A stretch of DNA of 32,000 nucleotides, from assembly GCA_965247965.1 (NCBI GenBank), contig OZ252053.1:4079804-4111803 (forward strand), read 5' to 3'. Below, in pieces: positions 1 to 8,857 of this stretch (positions are counted from its first letter, which is position 1; each line of letters starts with the position of its first letter). A program made the translations under genes and the position numbers. The DNA comes from Saprospiraceae bacterium (GTDB taxonomy: Bacteria > Bacteroidota > Bacteroidia > Chitinophagales > Saprospiraceae). Below the pieces are notes generated by a model. The model worked only from the letters and a program-made list of their open reading frames with translations. It searched no databases and was not told the origin of the DNA.

Positions 1-1
1 C

Positions 2-700
2 AGACAACTTTGCGAAATATGTGATGATGGTGTTGATAACGATGATGATGGATATATTGACTGCAGTGATTTAGATTGTTTGAAAGAATCATTGGAGAAT
101 CTTTCAAAATCCTTAATATTATGTGACGTAAGCCATAGCAGAGAATGCTATCAAAATGCTTATGAATTTCTGGATGATAGAGAATTTAATAATGCAGAAC
201 ACGCGGATTACTTATGTGATAATCCTGATATATTTGCAATTATCCTGTCTATGGTGGATGATAGATTTGTACCGCCTAAAATAGACTGGAGTGGGTCCAA
301 CGACCAGGCGAGATTAGAACATTTTTTTAAATATATCGTGGCTATTCATTTTGTCAACAAATGCATGTCCGATCTGGCTCCTAATCAGGAAGTAGTCTAT
401 TCCTTAGAGGATTTCTTCACCAACATTATAGGTACGGGCAATGCATGGATAGGTGTTGGTCATCTCAGCTTGAAAGATGGGAATACATACGACGTGAGTG
501 TTGTTTACAGCCCGAGTTGGGGTCTCGAATTTAATTCAAATGGAGTAATCTTCAATGAAGGAAGAGATAACTATATCTATTCTTGGCCAAGGAAAAGAAG
601 CAGTTCATCGAACACAGCGGTGATGGAGTTGTATATCCCTCAAAGTGATTTAGCAAGGGAAGCATTTGGAGCAGAACTTTTTAAAAAGTGCAAGAAGTGA
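2..700 (+). CDS. 5'-partial hypothetical protein: C-terminal ~230 aa of a larger, probably secreted protein with a Cys/Asp-rich metal-binding-like motif
   Basis: Frame 2 is open from the window edge with no stop between 2 and 79, so the TTG at 80 in the ORF track is probably internal. Codons 2-79 read RQLCEICDDGVDNDDDGYIDCSDLDC, resembling the CxDGxDNDxDGxxD repeats of large surface proteins. I do not recognise the remaining ~200 aa. Confidence 0.5.
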   Translation, partial: RQLCEICDDGVDNDDDGYIDCSDLDCLKESLENLSKSLILCDVSHSRECYQNAYEFLDDREFNNAEHADYLCDNPDIFAIILSMVDDRFVPPKIDWSGSNDQARLEHFFKYIVAIHFVNKCMSDLAPNQEVVYSLEDFFTNIIGTGNAWIGVGHLSLKDGNTYDVSVVYSPSWGLEFNSNGVIFNEGRDNYIYSWPRKRSSSSNTAVMELYIPQSDLAREAFGAELFKKCKK

Positions 701-1326
701 AAATATTATTCTTCGCACTCATATTTTTTTCATTCCTATTAAATTCTTGTTTTTCAAAAAAAAATATTGTTGAGACAAGAAAAATTTATTGGGTCTTTGA
801 AAATGAAGGATCTGAAACATTGGACACTTTTTTTATTTATAGTGAGTTGTTTCTAGATTCATTAAAAGGCGAAGAATTTCTCAATGATCCGAGTGCATTT
901 AACACCAAGTTTTTAAAATCTAGATATCAATACATCTTCATACCTAATAAAGTTTTGGTTTCCGAATCATCAAGTCAAGAGTCAATCAATAATTTATATA
1001 AGATCCTAAAATATGTTGAAGTCAGGAATGACACCTCTGAGATTAATGCAATAATGGAATCAGATTCATCTGAAAAGCTGCCCTTTGAATTGTCAGGAAA
1101 ATGTCCCAAATCTGACGTCGACTCCATTCAAATCACTTTTTGGGATGTTGGTAAAATCTTGCATAAAAAAAGAAAGAGATTTATTAAATCCGAGCGATAT
1201 TATAATATTGGAGCTATTTACTATGATTATCTGGGCAATGAAATAATGAAAGTCACTTTTTTGGATACAATAACTGATAAAACTCACCTACTACCAGACC
1301 ATATACCACGTACTTTAGCCAAATAA
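688..1326 (+). CDS. hypothetical lipoprotein of unknown family
   Basis: The ORF opens with KILFFALIFFSFLLNSC, a signal peptide plus lipobox Cys. The likely start is the GTG at 697, overlapping the upstream stop as GTGA; the track start at 688 is also GTG. The region is very AT-rich: two 60-nt lines counted by hand gave 18% and 25% G+C. I recognise no family. Confidence 0.5.
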   Translation: MQEVKILFFALIFFSFLLNSCFSKKNIVETRKIYWVFENEGSETLDTFFIYSELFLDSLKGEEFLNDPSAFNTKFLKSRYQYIFIPNKVLVSESSSQESINNLYKILKYVEVRNDTSEINAIMESDSSEKLPFELSGKCPKSDVDSIQITFWDVGKILHKKRKRFIKSERYYNIGAIYYDYLGNEIMKVTFLDTITDKTHLLPDHIPRTLAK

Positions 1327-1372
1327 GTAATGCTGGTTTTTTTGAGTTGTTAGATTTGATACCAATTTAACC

Positions 1373-2905
1373 CTAGAGCGCTTTCCTAAGTCTAGCCACT
1401 GGAATACTCAATTGCTCCCTGTACTTTGTCACAGTCCTACGGGCAATATTATAACCCTGGCCTCTGAGCATATCTTTGAGTTTTTCGTCCGATAAAGGCT
1501 TGACTTTGTTTTCGTCTTTGATTATATCAGACAGGATATTTTTGACTTCAAGTGTGGATACCTCTTCTCCGTTTAGTGTCTGAAGCGATTCGGAAAAGAA
1601 ATCTTTCAACCTTCTCGTACCAAATTCTGTCTGAACGAATTTACTATTGGCTACACGCGAAATCGTCGAGATATCCAGGCCGGTTATTTCTGCAATATCT
1701 TTGAGAATCATTGGTTTTAATCTTCTTTCATCGCCGGTCTTGAAGTATTCATACTGGTACTGCATGATGGTGTACATGGTATTATACAGAGTCTCTTGCC
1801 TTTGCTTTATGGCATCGATAAACCACTTTGCAGAATCAATTTTTTGCTTTACAAATAGCACAGCCTCCTTTTCCTTCTTAGTAGTTTTTCTTCCTTTAGT
1901 ACTGTCCTTAAACGTCTTCAAGATATCCATGAATTGATCACTGATGCGTAGATCAGGAGCATTTTTGGTATTGAGGTGGAGCTCCAATTCACCATCTCTA
2001 TTTGAAACAATAAAATCCGGAATTATGTATTGGTTCACTTCCTTTGCCGTATGGCTTTCCTGTGAAAAAGAACTGGCAGGTTTGGGATTTAGTTTTAATA
2101 TTTCATCAATAGCGTCTTTGAGCTCCAAATCCGATATAAATAGTGATTTTTTGAGGTTCGAATAATGCTTTTTAGAAAATTCATCAAAATAATTATGAAG
2201 TATTCTCTTGGAGAGCATTCGCACCTTCCTGGTGACCCCCTCGGCATCTTTAAGTTTGACATCTAGCTGCAGCAAAAGGCATTCCTGCAGATCACGTGCC
2301 CCGACTCCGGCCGGATCCATTTTTTGCACCCGTTGGAGAACTTCTTCGACTTTTTCTTCAGTGGTTTCTAGGTTTTGTGTGAAAAGCAAGTCATCCACTA
2401 TCGCAAGTAGCTCTCTTCTCAGATATCCATCCTCGTCGATACTTCCTACTACTTGGCGTGCTAAGGATTTTTCTTCCTCGTTGGCAAAATCCATCATTCC
2501 TAGTTGCCTTTGCAGATGTTCGTGAAAGGAAGAACTTATAGCAATGGGAATGGCTTTTTCTTCTTCTTCTGTGTAGACATCTCCTTTTAATTTGTAGGTA
2601 ATGGGGTCGTCTTCGATGTATTCGTGGAGATAATCATCTAATTCGAATGTTTCCTCCTTTTCGGTCAGAGGTCGATCTGCCTCGGACTGGTCATCCTCCT
2701 GGTTCTCTTTATCAGCTGAATAGCTCTCATTAATATCGAATACCTCATCATAGCTTTCGCCTTCGTCCAATGCAGGATTAGATTCCAGTTCTTCTTGTAT
2801 TCTTTGATCGAGGGTGGCTGTGGGAATTTGAAGAAGTTTCATCAGCTGTATCTGTTGGGGGGACAGCTTCTGAGTCATTTTTTGACCTAGGCTCTGACGT
2901 AACAT
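1373..2905 (-). CDS. rpoN: RNA polymerase sigma-54 factor
   Basis: 510 aa. N-terminal region I reads MLRQSLGQKMTQKLSPQQIQLMKLLQ, followed by an acidic linker and a C-terminal RpoN box (ARRTVTKYREQL). Confidence 0.95.
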   Translation of the reverse strand: MLRQSLGQKMTQKLSPQQIQLMKLLQIPTATLDQRIQEELESNPALDEGESYDEVFDINESYSADKENQEDDQSEADRPLTEKEETFELDDYLHEYIEDDPITYKLKGDVYTEEEEKAIPIAISSSFHEHLQRQLGMMDFANEEEKSLARQVVGSIDEDGYLRRELLAIVDDLLFTQNLETTEEKVEEVLQRVQKMDPAGVGARDLQECLLLQLDVKLKDAEGVTRKVRMLSKRILHNYFDEFSKKHYSNLKKSLFISDLELKDAIDEILKLNPKPASSFSQESHTAKEVNQYIIPDFIVSNRDGELELHLNTKNAPDLRISDQFMDILKTFKDSTKGRKTTKKEKEAVLFVKQKIDSAKWFIDAIKQRQETLYNTMYTIMQYQYEYFKTGDERRLKPMILKDIAEITGLDISTISRVANSKFVQTEFGTRRLKDFFSESLQTLNGEEVSTLEVKNILSDIIKDENKVKPLSDEKLKDMLRGQGYNIARRTVTKYREQLSIPVARLRKAL

Positions 2906-3245
2906 CTCTCTGCGTCCTGTTTTTGGAATTAAACAATAAAAACGACTTTCAATTATACCAATGTAAACACCAAGGATAAATTCAAAGTTCGCTCTTTTTT
3001 GGTTATAATGATGAGCTGACCAAGAAATGAGTTATGCAAACATATTACTTAAAAAGGCAATACACAAGTATTTGAATGTTAAATGTTTAATTCCTCAGCT
3101 TGCTTAGTCACCGATCACTAGGATCTACATTCGGGGCATGTTTCAATTTGGTGCCTAATTAGAACCAATCTATTTGTAACATAAGCGTGAAGAACATATT
3201 CCACCAAATGCTTTTCTTTGCTGTGGAAAATTAATACGCCTTCGT

Positions 3246-3383
3246 ATGTCTGATAATCATCCCGAAGAAATAAATTACAGCGGTAAAGCCGGATGCCTCA
3301 TGTGGGGATTGATCTATACTGCATTATTCATTATCCTATTGATATGGATATATCATCGCAACGGTGATGGCTTGCCTTTCTGA
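3246..3383 (+). CDS. possible 45-aa single-pass membrane peptide
   Basis: ATG-initiated ORF below the track's size cutoff: MSDNHPEEINYSGKAGCLMWGLIYTALFIILLIWIYHRNGDGLPF. It has one hydrophobic helix and ends 20 nt before the ThuA-like gene. No homology was recognised. Confidence 0.25.
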   Translation: MSDNHPEEINYSGKAGCLMWGLIYTALFIILLIWIYHRNGDGLPF

Positions 3384-3403
3384 CACTCACAAACTCATAG
3401 GTT

Positions 3404-4393
3404 ATGAATCGCATTTTCTTTATTCTTTTTTGGTTCGTCCTTTCAATGTGCGCAGTGCAAAACGAAAACGATAAACTTCGCGTGTTGATCGTCGAAGGTC
3501 AAAACAACCACTATGTCTGGCCAAAAACCACTTACATGATGAAGAGCTACCTCGAAGAGACAGGGCTGTTCACCGTAGATGCCGAACGCACGGCATATAC
3601 GTGGAACGGAGAGCAGTTCTTTGAGGATTTCCCTGCCCTAGATGGTAAAAAATCTAAAGCCCAGGAAGAACCAAAGACGGATCCTGAGTTCAAGCCTGAT
3701 TTTTCTAAGTATGATTTGGTTCTGTCTAATTTCGGTTGGAACACTGCCCCATGGCCAGAAGAAACGAGAAAGGCCTTGGAAAAATATGTAAGCGGCGGTG
3801 GCGGACTTGTAATCGTTCATGCTGCAAATAATTCCTTTGGAGATTGGGAGGAGTACAACAAAATGATAGCTGTCGGCGGTTGGGGAGATCGTACCGAAAA
3901 ACATGGGCCTTATCTGTACTATGATGACGATGGAAACCTGGTGCGCGATCCTTCAAAGGGCACTTGCGGCTCGCACGGACCTGAATATGCGTATGCTATT
4001 ACGATCAGGGATAACGAGCATCCTGTTACCAAAGGCCTTCCGAGTAAATGGCTTCACGCCAAAGATGAATTATACGATCGTTTAAGAGGCCCCGCTGAAA
4101 ATGTAAAAGTATTGGCGACAGCCTATTCTGATGCCGAAAAAAATGTAACACCCTGGGAACCCAAGGAACCCGGAACAGCGCGGCACGAGCCGATGCTTCT
4201 AGCTATTGATTACGGCAAAGGTCGTGTGTTTCACACTCCGATGGGTCATTCAATCATTGCCCAGGAATGCGTAGGATTTATTACCGCATTGCAACGCGGA
4301 GCAGAATGGGCAGCCACAGGTAAGGTGACTCAGACTGTTCCGGATGATTTTCCTGGTGAGGATGTGGAGAGGACGAGAACGTGGAGCCGTTGA
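3404..4393 (+). CDS. ThuA (trehalose-utilisation) domain protein, secreted
   Basis: 329 aa with an N-terminal signal peptide. LRVLIVEGQNNH...GGGLVIVHAANNSF...PMGH resembles the ThuA-like class-I glutamine-amidotransferase-like fold. Confidence 0.75.
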   Translation: MNRIFFILFWFVLSMCAVQNENDKLRVLIVEGQNNHYVWPKTTYMMKSYLEETGLFTVDAERTAYTWNGEQFFEDFPALDGKKSKAQEEPKTDPEFKPDFSKYDLVLSNFGWNTAPWPEETRKALEKYVSGGGGLVIVHAANNSFGDWEEYNKMIAVGGWGDRTEKHGPYLYYDDDGNLVRDPSKGTCGSHGPEYAYAITIRDNEHPVTKGLPSKWLHAKDELYDRLRGPAENVKVLATAYSDAEKNVTPWEPKEPGTARHEPMLLAIDYGKGRVFHTPMGHSIIAQECVGFITALQRGAEWAATGKVTQTVPDDFPGEDVERTRTWSR

Positions 4394-4410
4394 TCCCGAT
4401 CTGAATACCC

Positions 4411-5607
4411 ATGTCTGTGACGAAACCCAACTACTACGAATTTCTTCCGGAGGATCGGTTTGAAGGAACTTTAATCGGACGCTGTTGGATTCCTAAGAGC
4501 GCTCGCAATGCAATCTGCGGACCGAGTCCCGTGTTTATTTCTGAAGAGGGTACATACGACATTAGCGGATTGGCCCCTACATGCTCAGAACTGCTCAACC
4601 AAGGTTTTTCTAAATCTATGTTTGATCCTAATGCTGCGACTCGCATAGGCGATTTCAGTAGCATTATGGCGAACGCTATGTCCGAAGATCGCGATGATAA
4701 ACAACCTTACTTTTTATCGCCCATTGACCTTCAGGCCATTAAAGCATGCGGCGTGACTTTTATGGTCAGCATGCTGGAAAGAGTGATCGAAGAACAGGCA
4801 GGAGGTGATGTACATAAAGCTGAACAAATACGCATAAAAATTAAAGACAGAATTGGCACTGAATTATCAAATGTTATTCCTGGCTCAAAGAAAGCTGAAG
4901 AATTAAAATCATTCCTGCTCAACGAAGGGCTGTGGTCGCAATACCTCGAAGTAGGTATTGGCCCTTATGCCGAAGTCTTTACTAAAGCGCAACCGTTGTC
5001 TTCAGTAGGCATTGGAAATGAGATAGGAATCCTCCCTATTTCTTCATGGAATAATCCAGAACCAGAAGTTGTCTTGTTAGTTAACAATAAAGCGGAAGTT
5101 GTTGGCGCTGCCTTGGGCAATGATGTCAATCTACGTGACATTGAAGGAAGAAGCGCTTTATTGCTTGGAAAGGCCAAAGACAATAATGCATCCTGTAGCA
5201 TAGGCCCTTTTATTCGATTACTTGATGAGACGTTTACTTTGGATGATATCAGAAAGACGGAAGTATCCCTCACCATTGAAAGTGAGGATGAATACGTCCT
5301 GAAAGACAAAAGCCCAATGACGAAAATCAGCCGTGATATACTCGATCTTGTCAATCAAGCAATGAACGAACATCATCAATACCCTGATGGAATGGCACTT
5401 TTTACAGGTACATTATTTGCGCCTACTCAAGACAGAGATCAGCAAGGAGAAGGATTTACGCACAAAATTGGAGATGTTGTGTCGATAGAAGCACCAAAAT
5501 TAGGGCGTCTTCAAAATCGGGTAAACTATACTCATCTTATTGCTTCGTGGGAATTTGGAATGGGGGCTTTGATGAAGAATTTAAGTGGGCGTGGATTATT
5601 GCATTAA
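4411..5607 (+). CDS. fumarylacetoacetate hydrolase (FAH) family protein
   Basis: 398 aa. The C-terminal half has FAH-like motifs (GNDVNLRDIEGRSALLLGKAKDNNASCSIGPFI, then GTLFAP...GD). It starts 17 nt after the ThuA-like gene, so co-transcription is likely. Confidence 0.7.
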   Translation: MSVTKPNYYEFLPEDRFEGTLIGRCWIPKSARNAICGPSPVFISEEGTYDISGLAPTCSELLNQGFSKSMFDPNAATRIGDFSSIMANAMSEDRDDKQPYFLSPIDLQAIKACGVTFMVSMLERVIEEQAGGDVHKAEQIRIKIKDRIGTELSNVIPGSKKAEELKSFLLNEGLWSQYLEVGIGPYAEVFTKAQPLSSVGIGNEIGILPISSWNNPEPEVVLLVNNKAEVVGAALGNDVNLRDIEGRSALLLGKAKDNNASCSIGPFIRLLDETFTLDDIRKTEVSLTIESEDEYVLKDKSPMTKISRDILDLVNQAMNEHHQYPDGMALFTGTLFAPTQDRDQQGEGFTHKIGDVVSIEAPKLGRLQNRVNYTHLIASWEFGMGALMKNLSGRGLLH

Positions 5608-5619
5608 CTTTAATCCCGT

Positions 5620-5968
5620 TCAAATAGATAAACACCTTCCTGGATCAAAATCCACGTGCTCCCGATACTGCACATACCCTAACTGATTGGTAATCAAGGC
5701 GGTATTTCCAATTTTAAAATTGGAAATATTGCTATGGTGGTGGCCGTAGATCCAATAATTGATCTTGGATTCTTCTATTAGCTGTGAAAGTTCGACAGCA
5801 AATGCTTCGTTGAGAATATCGCCTTTTGTGATTATTCATTTCGATGAACTGAACGATGTCGCCTGCAAGTAGTAGAACATCTGCTTTTGGCAGGATGGGA
5901 TTGTTTTTGAGAAAGACCCAGTTTTTCGGAAATTCTAGGTGGAGATCGGAATGGAATTGGATGTTCAT
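5620..5968 (-). pseudogene. metallophosphoesterase (calcineurin-like) pseudogene with internal deletion and frameshift
   Basis: The N-terminal piece MNIQFHSDLHLEF...DVLLLAGDIV carries metallophosphoesterase motifs I and II. The C-terminal piece, in a different frame, reads KGDILNEAFAVELSQLIEESKINYWIYGHHHSN...GRCLSI* and carries the GHxH motif. The middle GNHE-containing part is absent. The two pieces together encode only ~116 aa. Confidence 0.65.
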
Positions 5969-6120
5969 TTTATTCTTCTTCAATAAAAAAAGCTCCGGTT
6001 TTAGACTAGAGCTTTCAAAATATTTCATTGACTCATTAGAATTTCCCAGTGTTACGCTTCTGACATGTGGGTCGGGATAGACTTCTCGCCCTATTGAGTG
6101 ATGAAATATTACGTTCAGTT

Positions 6121-6158
6121 AAGAAAATAAAGCTCCTGCTGTAGAAGCAAGAGCCTTT
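6121..6158 (-). terminator. rho-independent terminator downstream of tRNA-Gln
   Basis: On the minus strand, AAAGGCTCTTGC / GCAGGAGCTTT forms an ~11-bp stem including G-U pairs with a 7-nt loop, followed by AUUUUCUU. Confidence 0.5.
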
Positions 6159-6166
6159 GTCTTCAG

Positions 6167-6238
6167 TTGACCCATAAGGACTCGAACCTTAAATGCCTGG
6201 ACCAAAACCAGATGTGTTGCCAATTACACCATGGGTCA
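6167..6238 (-). tRNA. tRNA-Gln (anticodon UUG)
   Basis: Hand-folded cloverleaf, 72 nt: acceptor TGACCCA/TGGGTCA, U8, D stem GTGT/ACAC, anticodon stem TCTGG/CCAGG with loop TTTTGGT (anticodon TTG), T arm TAAGG-TTCGAGT-CCTTA, discriminator A. CCA is not encoded. Confidence 0.9.
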
Positions 6239-6290
6239 AAATTGAATGCGCAAAACTATAACAATTTCAACTTTATGTAAATACCCGATG

Positions 6291-6737
6291 CTAATAATTC
6301 AGAGTGTAATGGTAGGTCTTGGAAGTTGATTTTGGATCTTCTAAGGGCTTCTTCGGATTCGATTTCGTTATCTTGTAGTTAAGGGTCAATGGTTGTTTTT
6401 TTTGCTTTATATCAGAAACCCTGAATGGGATATTCAACGTTTTGTGAAAGCGTATTTTACCTTTGCGCAATTTCTGTTCAACTCGAAATTCCAAAAGACT
6501 TACTACCCGTTTAGCTTCTTCATCGCAAGATGGCGATACGCTCGACAATACTTTTGAACCTATTACCTTTCCCGTGTAGTCTATAGCGATTTTGATTCTT
6601 ACCGTACCTTCTATTTTTTCATGAATGGCATCTTCAGGGTATCTCAGATTTTCCCTGATAAATTCGCCCATTTTTCTCGGGCCACCTATAAAGATGGGCT
6701 TTGGAAGAAAGTTTTCTGCTTTGCGTTCTTTTTTCAC
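6291..6737 (-). CDS. TonB C-terminal-domain protein
   Basis: 148 aa. F.RENLRYPEDAIHEKIEGTVRIKIAIDYTGKV matches the TonB_C fold pattern. No obvious TM or proline-rich region, so it is a stand-alone TonB_C-like protein. Confidence 0.6.
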   Translation of the reverse strand: MKKERKAENFLPKPIFIGGPRKMGEFIRENLRYPEDAIHEKIEGTVRIKIAIDYTGKVIGSKVLSSVSPSCDEEAKRVVSLLEFRVEQKLRKGKIRFHKTLNIPFRVSDIKQKKQPLTLNYKITKSNPKKPLEDPKSTSKTYHYTLNY

Positions 6738-6828
6738 GTGATTAAGATATCATAGTTCTGCAATGCGAAAGTTTCGCTTTTGAGAAAGTTTTATCATTTC
6801 CTTAAAACTTAAGTGCAAATACTCATTT

Positions 6829-6836
6829 TACATTTG
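6829..6836 (+). promoter_or_regulatory. candidate Bacteroidota -7 promoter element (TAnnTTTG)
   Basis: TACATTTG lies ~65 nt upstream of the PDZ-protein start. No clean -33 TTG was seen. Confidence 0.3.
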
Positions 6837-6900
6837 ACGAAACATTTCGTACTTCTCAAGTATATTTAAAATTTATTCTTAACAAACTTAATAAACAAAA

Positions 6901-7638
6901 ATGCAGATCATGAAAAACTTATTAGCCGTATTCGTGCTTACTCTGATCAGTTTACCATTACTGGCCCAACAAGACGATGACAAAGTAGTCATCAAAAAAG
7001 AAAATCGAATTGTCGTAGAAGACATAGATACGGACGGAAATGACGAAAAAGTAATCAGTGTCGATGTAGAAAAAGAAGGAGATGACGAGCGAAAAATAAA
7101 GATTAAGATCTCCAACAATGGTGAAGAGGTAGAATTCGAATGGGATGGCGAAGGTGAAATGCCCGAAGACATGAAAAAAATGCTGGAAGAACACGACATT
7201 GACATCGACGACTTGCACGAGCAGCATAAAGACGGGAAAGTGAAAGTGAAAGTCAAAAGCAAAGGGGATAAGGGACTTCACAAGAGGCATATGAAGCGTG
7301 AAATGCACCGCGATCACCAACGCGCAGAAAGACATGAAAGAAGATTGCGTCATGGCCCTAGATTGGGCGATGCGTACATCGGCGCTCAAATTGAATCAGC
7401 CGATGGAGGTGTGAGAATCCTTGATGTAATGGCAGAAAGCCCATCTCATAAGGCAGGCTTGAAAAAGGGAGATATTGTCACCGAGATCAACGGCGCCAAT
7501 ACCAAAAGCATGGAGGATATGCTTATACTGCTCAGTTTTTTTGATCCTACTGATCAAATAGAAATCGCATATAAGAGGGATGGAAATGAGAGAAAGACAA
7601 AAGTAACCTTGGCCAAAAGGCCTGAATCTTATCGATAA
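6901..7638 (+). CDS. secreted PDZ-domain protein with a highly charged low-complexity linker
   Basis: Signal peptide MKNLLAVFVLTLISLPLLAQQ, then an acidic and a basic low-complexity stretch, then a C-terminal PDZ-like segment (GGVRILDVMAESPSHKAGLKKGDIVTEINGANTKSMEDM). Confidence 0.75.
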   Translation: MQIMKNLLAVFVLTLISLPLLAQQDDDKVVIKKENRIVVEDIDTDGNDEKVISVDVEKEGDDERKIKIKISNNGEEVEFEWDGEGEMPEDMKKMLEEHDIDIDDLHEQHKDGKVKVKVKSKGDKGLHKRHMKREMHRDHQRAERHERRLRHGPRLGDAYIGAQIESADGGVRILDVMAESPSHKAGLKKGDIVTEINGANTKSMEDMLILLSFFDPTDQIEIAYKRDGNERKTKVTLAKRPESYR

Positions 7639-7662
7639 ACCTGGTTAAAAAACGAGCAGGAT

Positions 7663-7700
7663 AAAGGAGGGCATGCCTTGAAAGCATACCCTCCTTTTTT
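7663..7700 (+). terminator. rho-independent terminator of the PDZ-protein gene
   Basis: Stem AAAGGAGGGCATGC / GCATACCCTCCTTT with one C-A mismatch and loop CTTGAAA. The 3' arm runs into the T-run at 7695-7700. Confidence 0.7.
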
Positions 7701-7764
7701 GTTTCCGCCCGCCTTACATACCTTAGCGGCAATTAGATAAGGCTCGGGTAACAGTCTTTCTCCT

Positions 7765-8818
7765 ATGGGGTTATCGGGACTTGGGTATAACGGCCATGTG
7801 TTTTGGGATACGGAATTGTGGATGTATCCGCCGCTTTTGATACTGCAGCCAGAGATAGCGAGATCGCTCCTCGACTATCGATACGAAAGATTGGATGCAG
7901 CAAAACAAAATGCTTTTGCTCATGGATTTGAAGGAGCGATGTATCCTTGGGAATCTGCGGGCGACGGGTCGGAAGACACTCCCGTATGGGCGCTTACAGG
8001 GCCGTTCGAAGATCACATTACTGGCTGCATTGGTTGGGCATTTTGGAAATATTACCAGGTTACAAAGGACAAGGATTGGCTTGAAGAAATAGGTTGGCCG
8101 GTTTTAGAAGCCATTGCAGATTTTTGGGCAAGCCGTGTTGAACGCAACCGCCTTGGGCAATACGATATTAACAATGTAGTCGCAGCCGACGAATGGGCCG
8201 AAAATGTAGATAATAATGCATTCACGAATGCGGTTGCTATACTTTCTTTGCGATATGGCACCCAAGCTGCTCAAGTTTTGAATAAGAAAGCCGATCCTGA
8301 TTGGAATTATGTAGCAGATAACATTCCAATATTAAAACTATCAAACGGCGTGACAAGTGAACATGCCTCATATCACGGCGAAGAAATCAAACAAGCAGAT
8401 GTCAATCTCCTGTCTTATCCTCTTACTTTGATTACAGATAAAGATCAAATAAGAAAAGACCTGGAATACTACGAACCAAGAATGTCTTCCGAAGGCCCAG
8501 CTATGGGAGCAGCCATTCTAAGCATTTTACACAATCGATTAGGCAATGTCCAAAGAGCAGCGGAAATTTTTTCAGAAAGCTACAAACCAAACGAAGTGCC
8601 TCCCATCGGAGTAATATCGGAGACAAAAGGAGGGACCAATCCCTATTTCGCCACTGGTGCAGGAGGAATGCTCCAAGCCGTTCTTTCGGGTTTCGGAGGA
8701 TTAGAGATAACGGATGACGGCATCATTCAAAAAAAAAATAGCAATTCCTAAAGGCTGGAAGAAACTTAAAATCATGGGAGTCGGTACATATAATAAGACC
8801 TATATTTCTTCTAATTGA
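7765..8818 (+). pseudogene. glycoside hydrolase family 65 remnant: catalytic domain only, 5'-truncated and frameshifted at an A10 run
   Basis: The ORF begins at the conserved GLSG.GYNGHVFWDTE motif that normally sits ~300 aa into GH65 enzymes. An in-frame stop at 7738-7740 and the upstream terminator leave no room for the N-terminal domain. At A10 (8729-8738) the frame ends in ...IIQKKNSNS*, but a 1-nt shift continues IAIPKGWKKLKIMGVGTYNKTYISSN* to 8818, which resembles the GH65 C-terminal LPxxWxxLxF segment. Confidence 0.7.
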
Positions 8819-8857
8819 TTTTATTTTTTCATTTTGGTGCCTACAAAAAATTAAATA

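Noticed and set aside
1647-2525. Three plus-strand ORFs (96, 73 and 105 aa) inside the rpoN region
   Set aside because: They lie entirely antisense to a well-supported rpoN CDS. Their translations are Ser/Cys/Phe-rich and low-complexity, as expected for shadow ORFs.
5969-6080. N-terminal extension of the phosphoesterase ORF (MKYFESSSLKPELFLLKKNK) and the plus-strand ORF 5856-6080
   Set aside because: Metallophosphoesterase homology starts at MNIQFHSDLHLEF, so the extension is upstream read-through. The plus-strand ORF is antisense to the pseudogene and has no recognisable features.
6888-7389. Two minus-strand ORFs (124 and 143 aa) opposite the PDZ-protein gene
   Set aside because: They are antisense to the GA-rich charged (E/D/K) coding stretch. 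Such repeats keep the opposite strand open by composition alone, and the peptides are F/S/V-rich nonsense.
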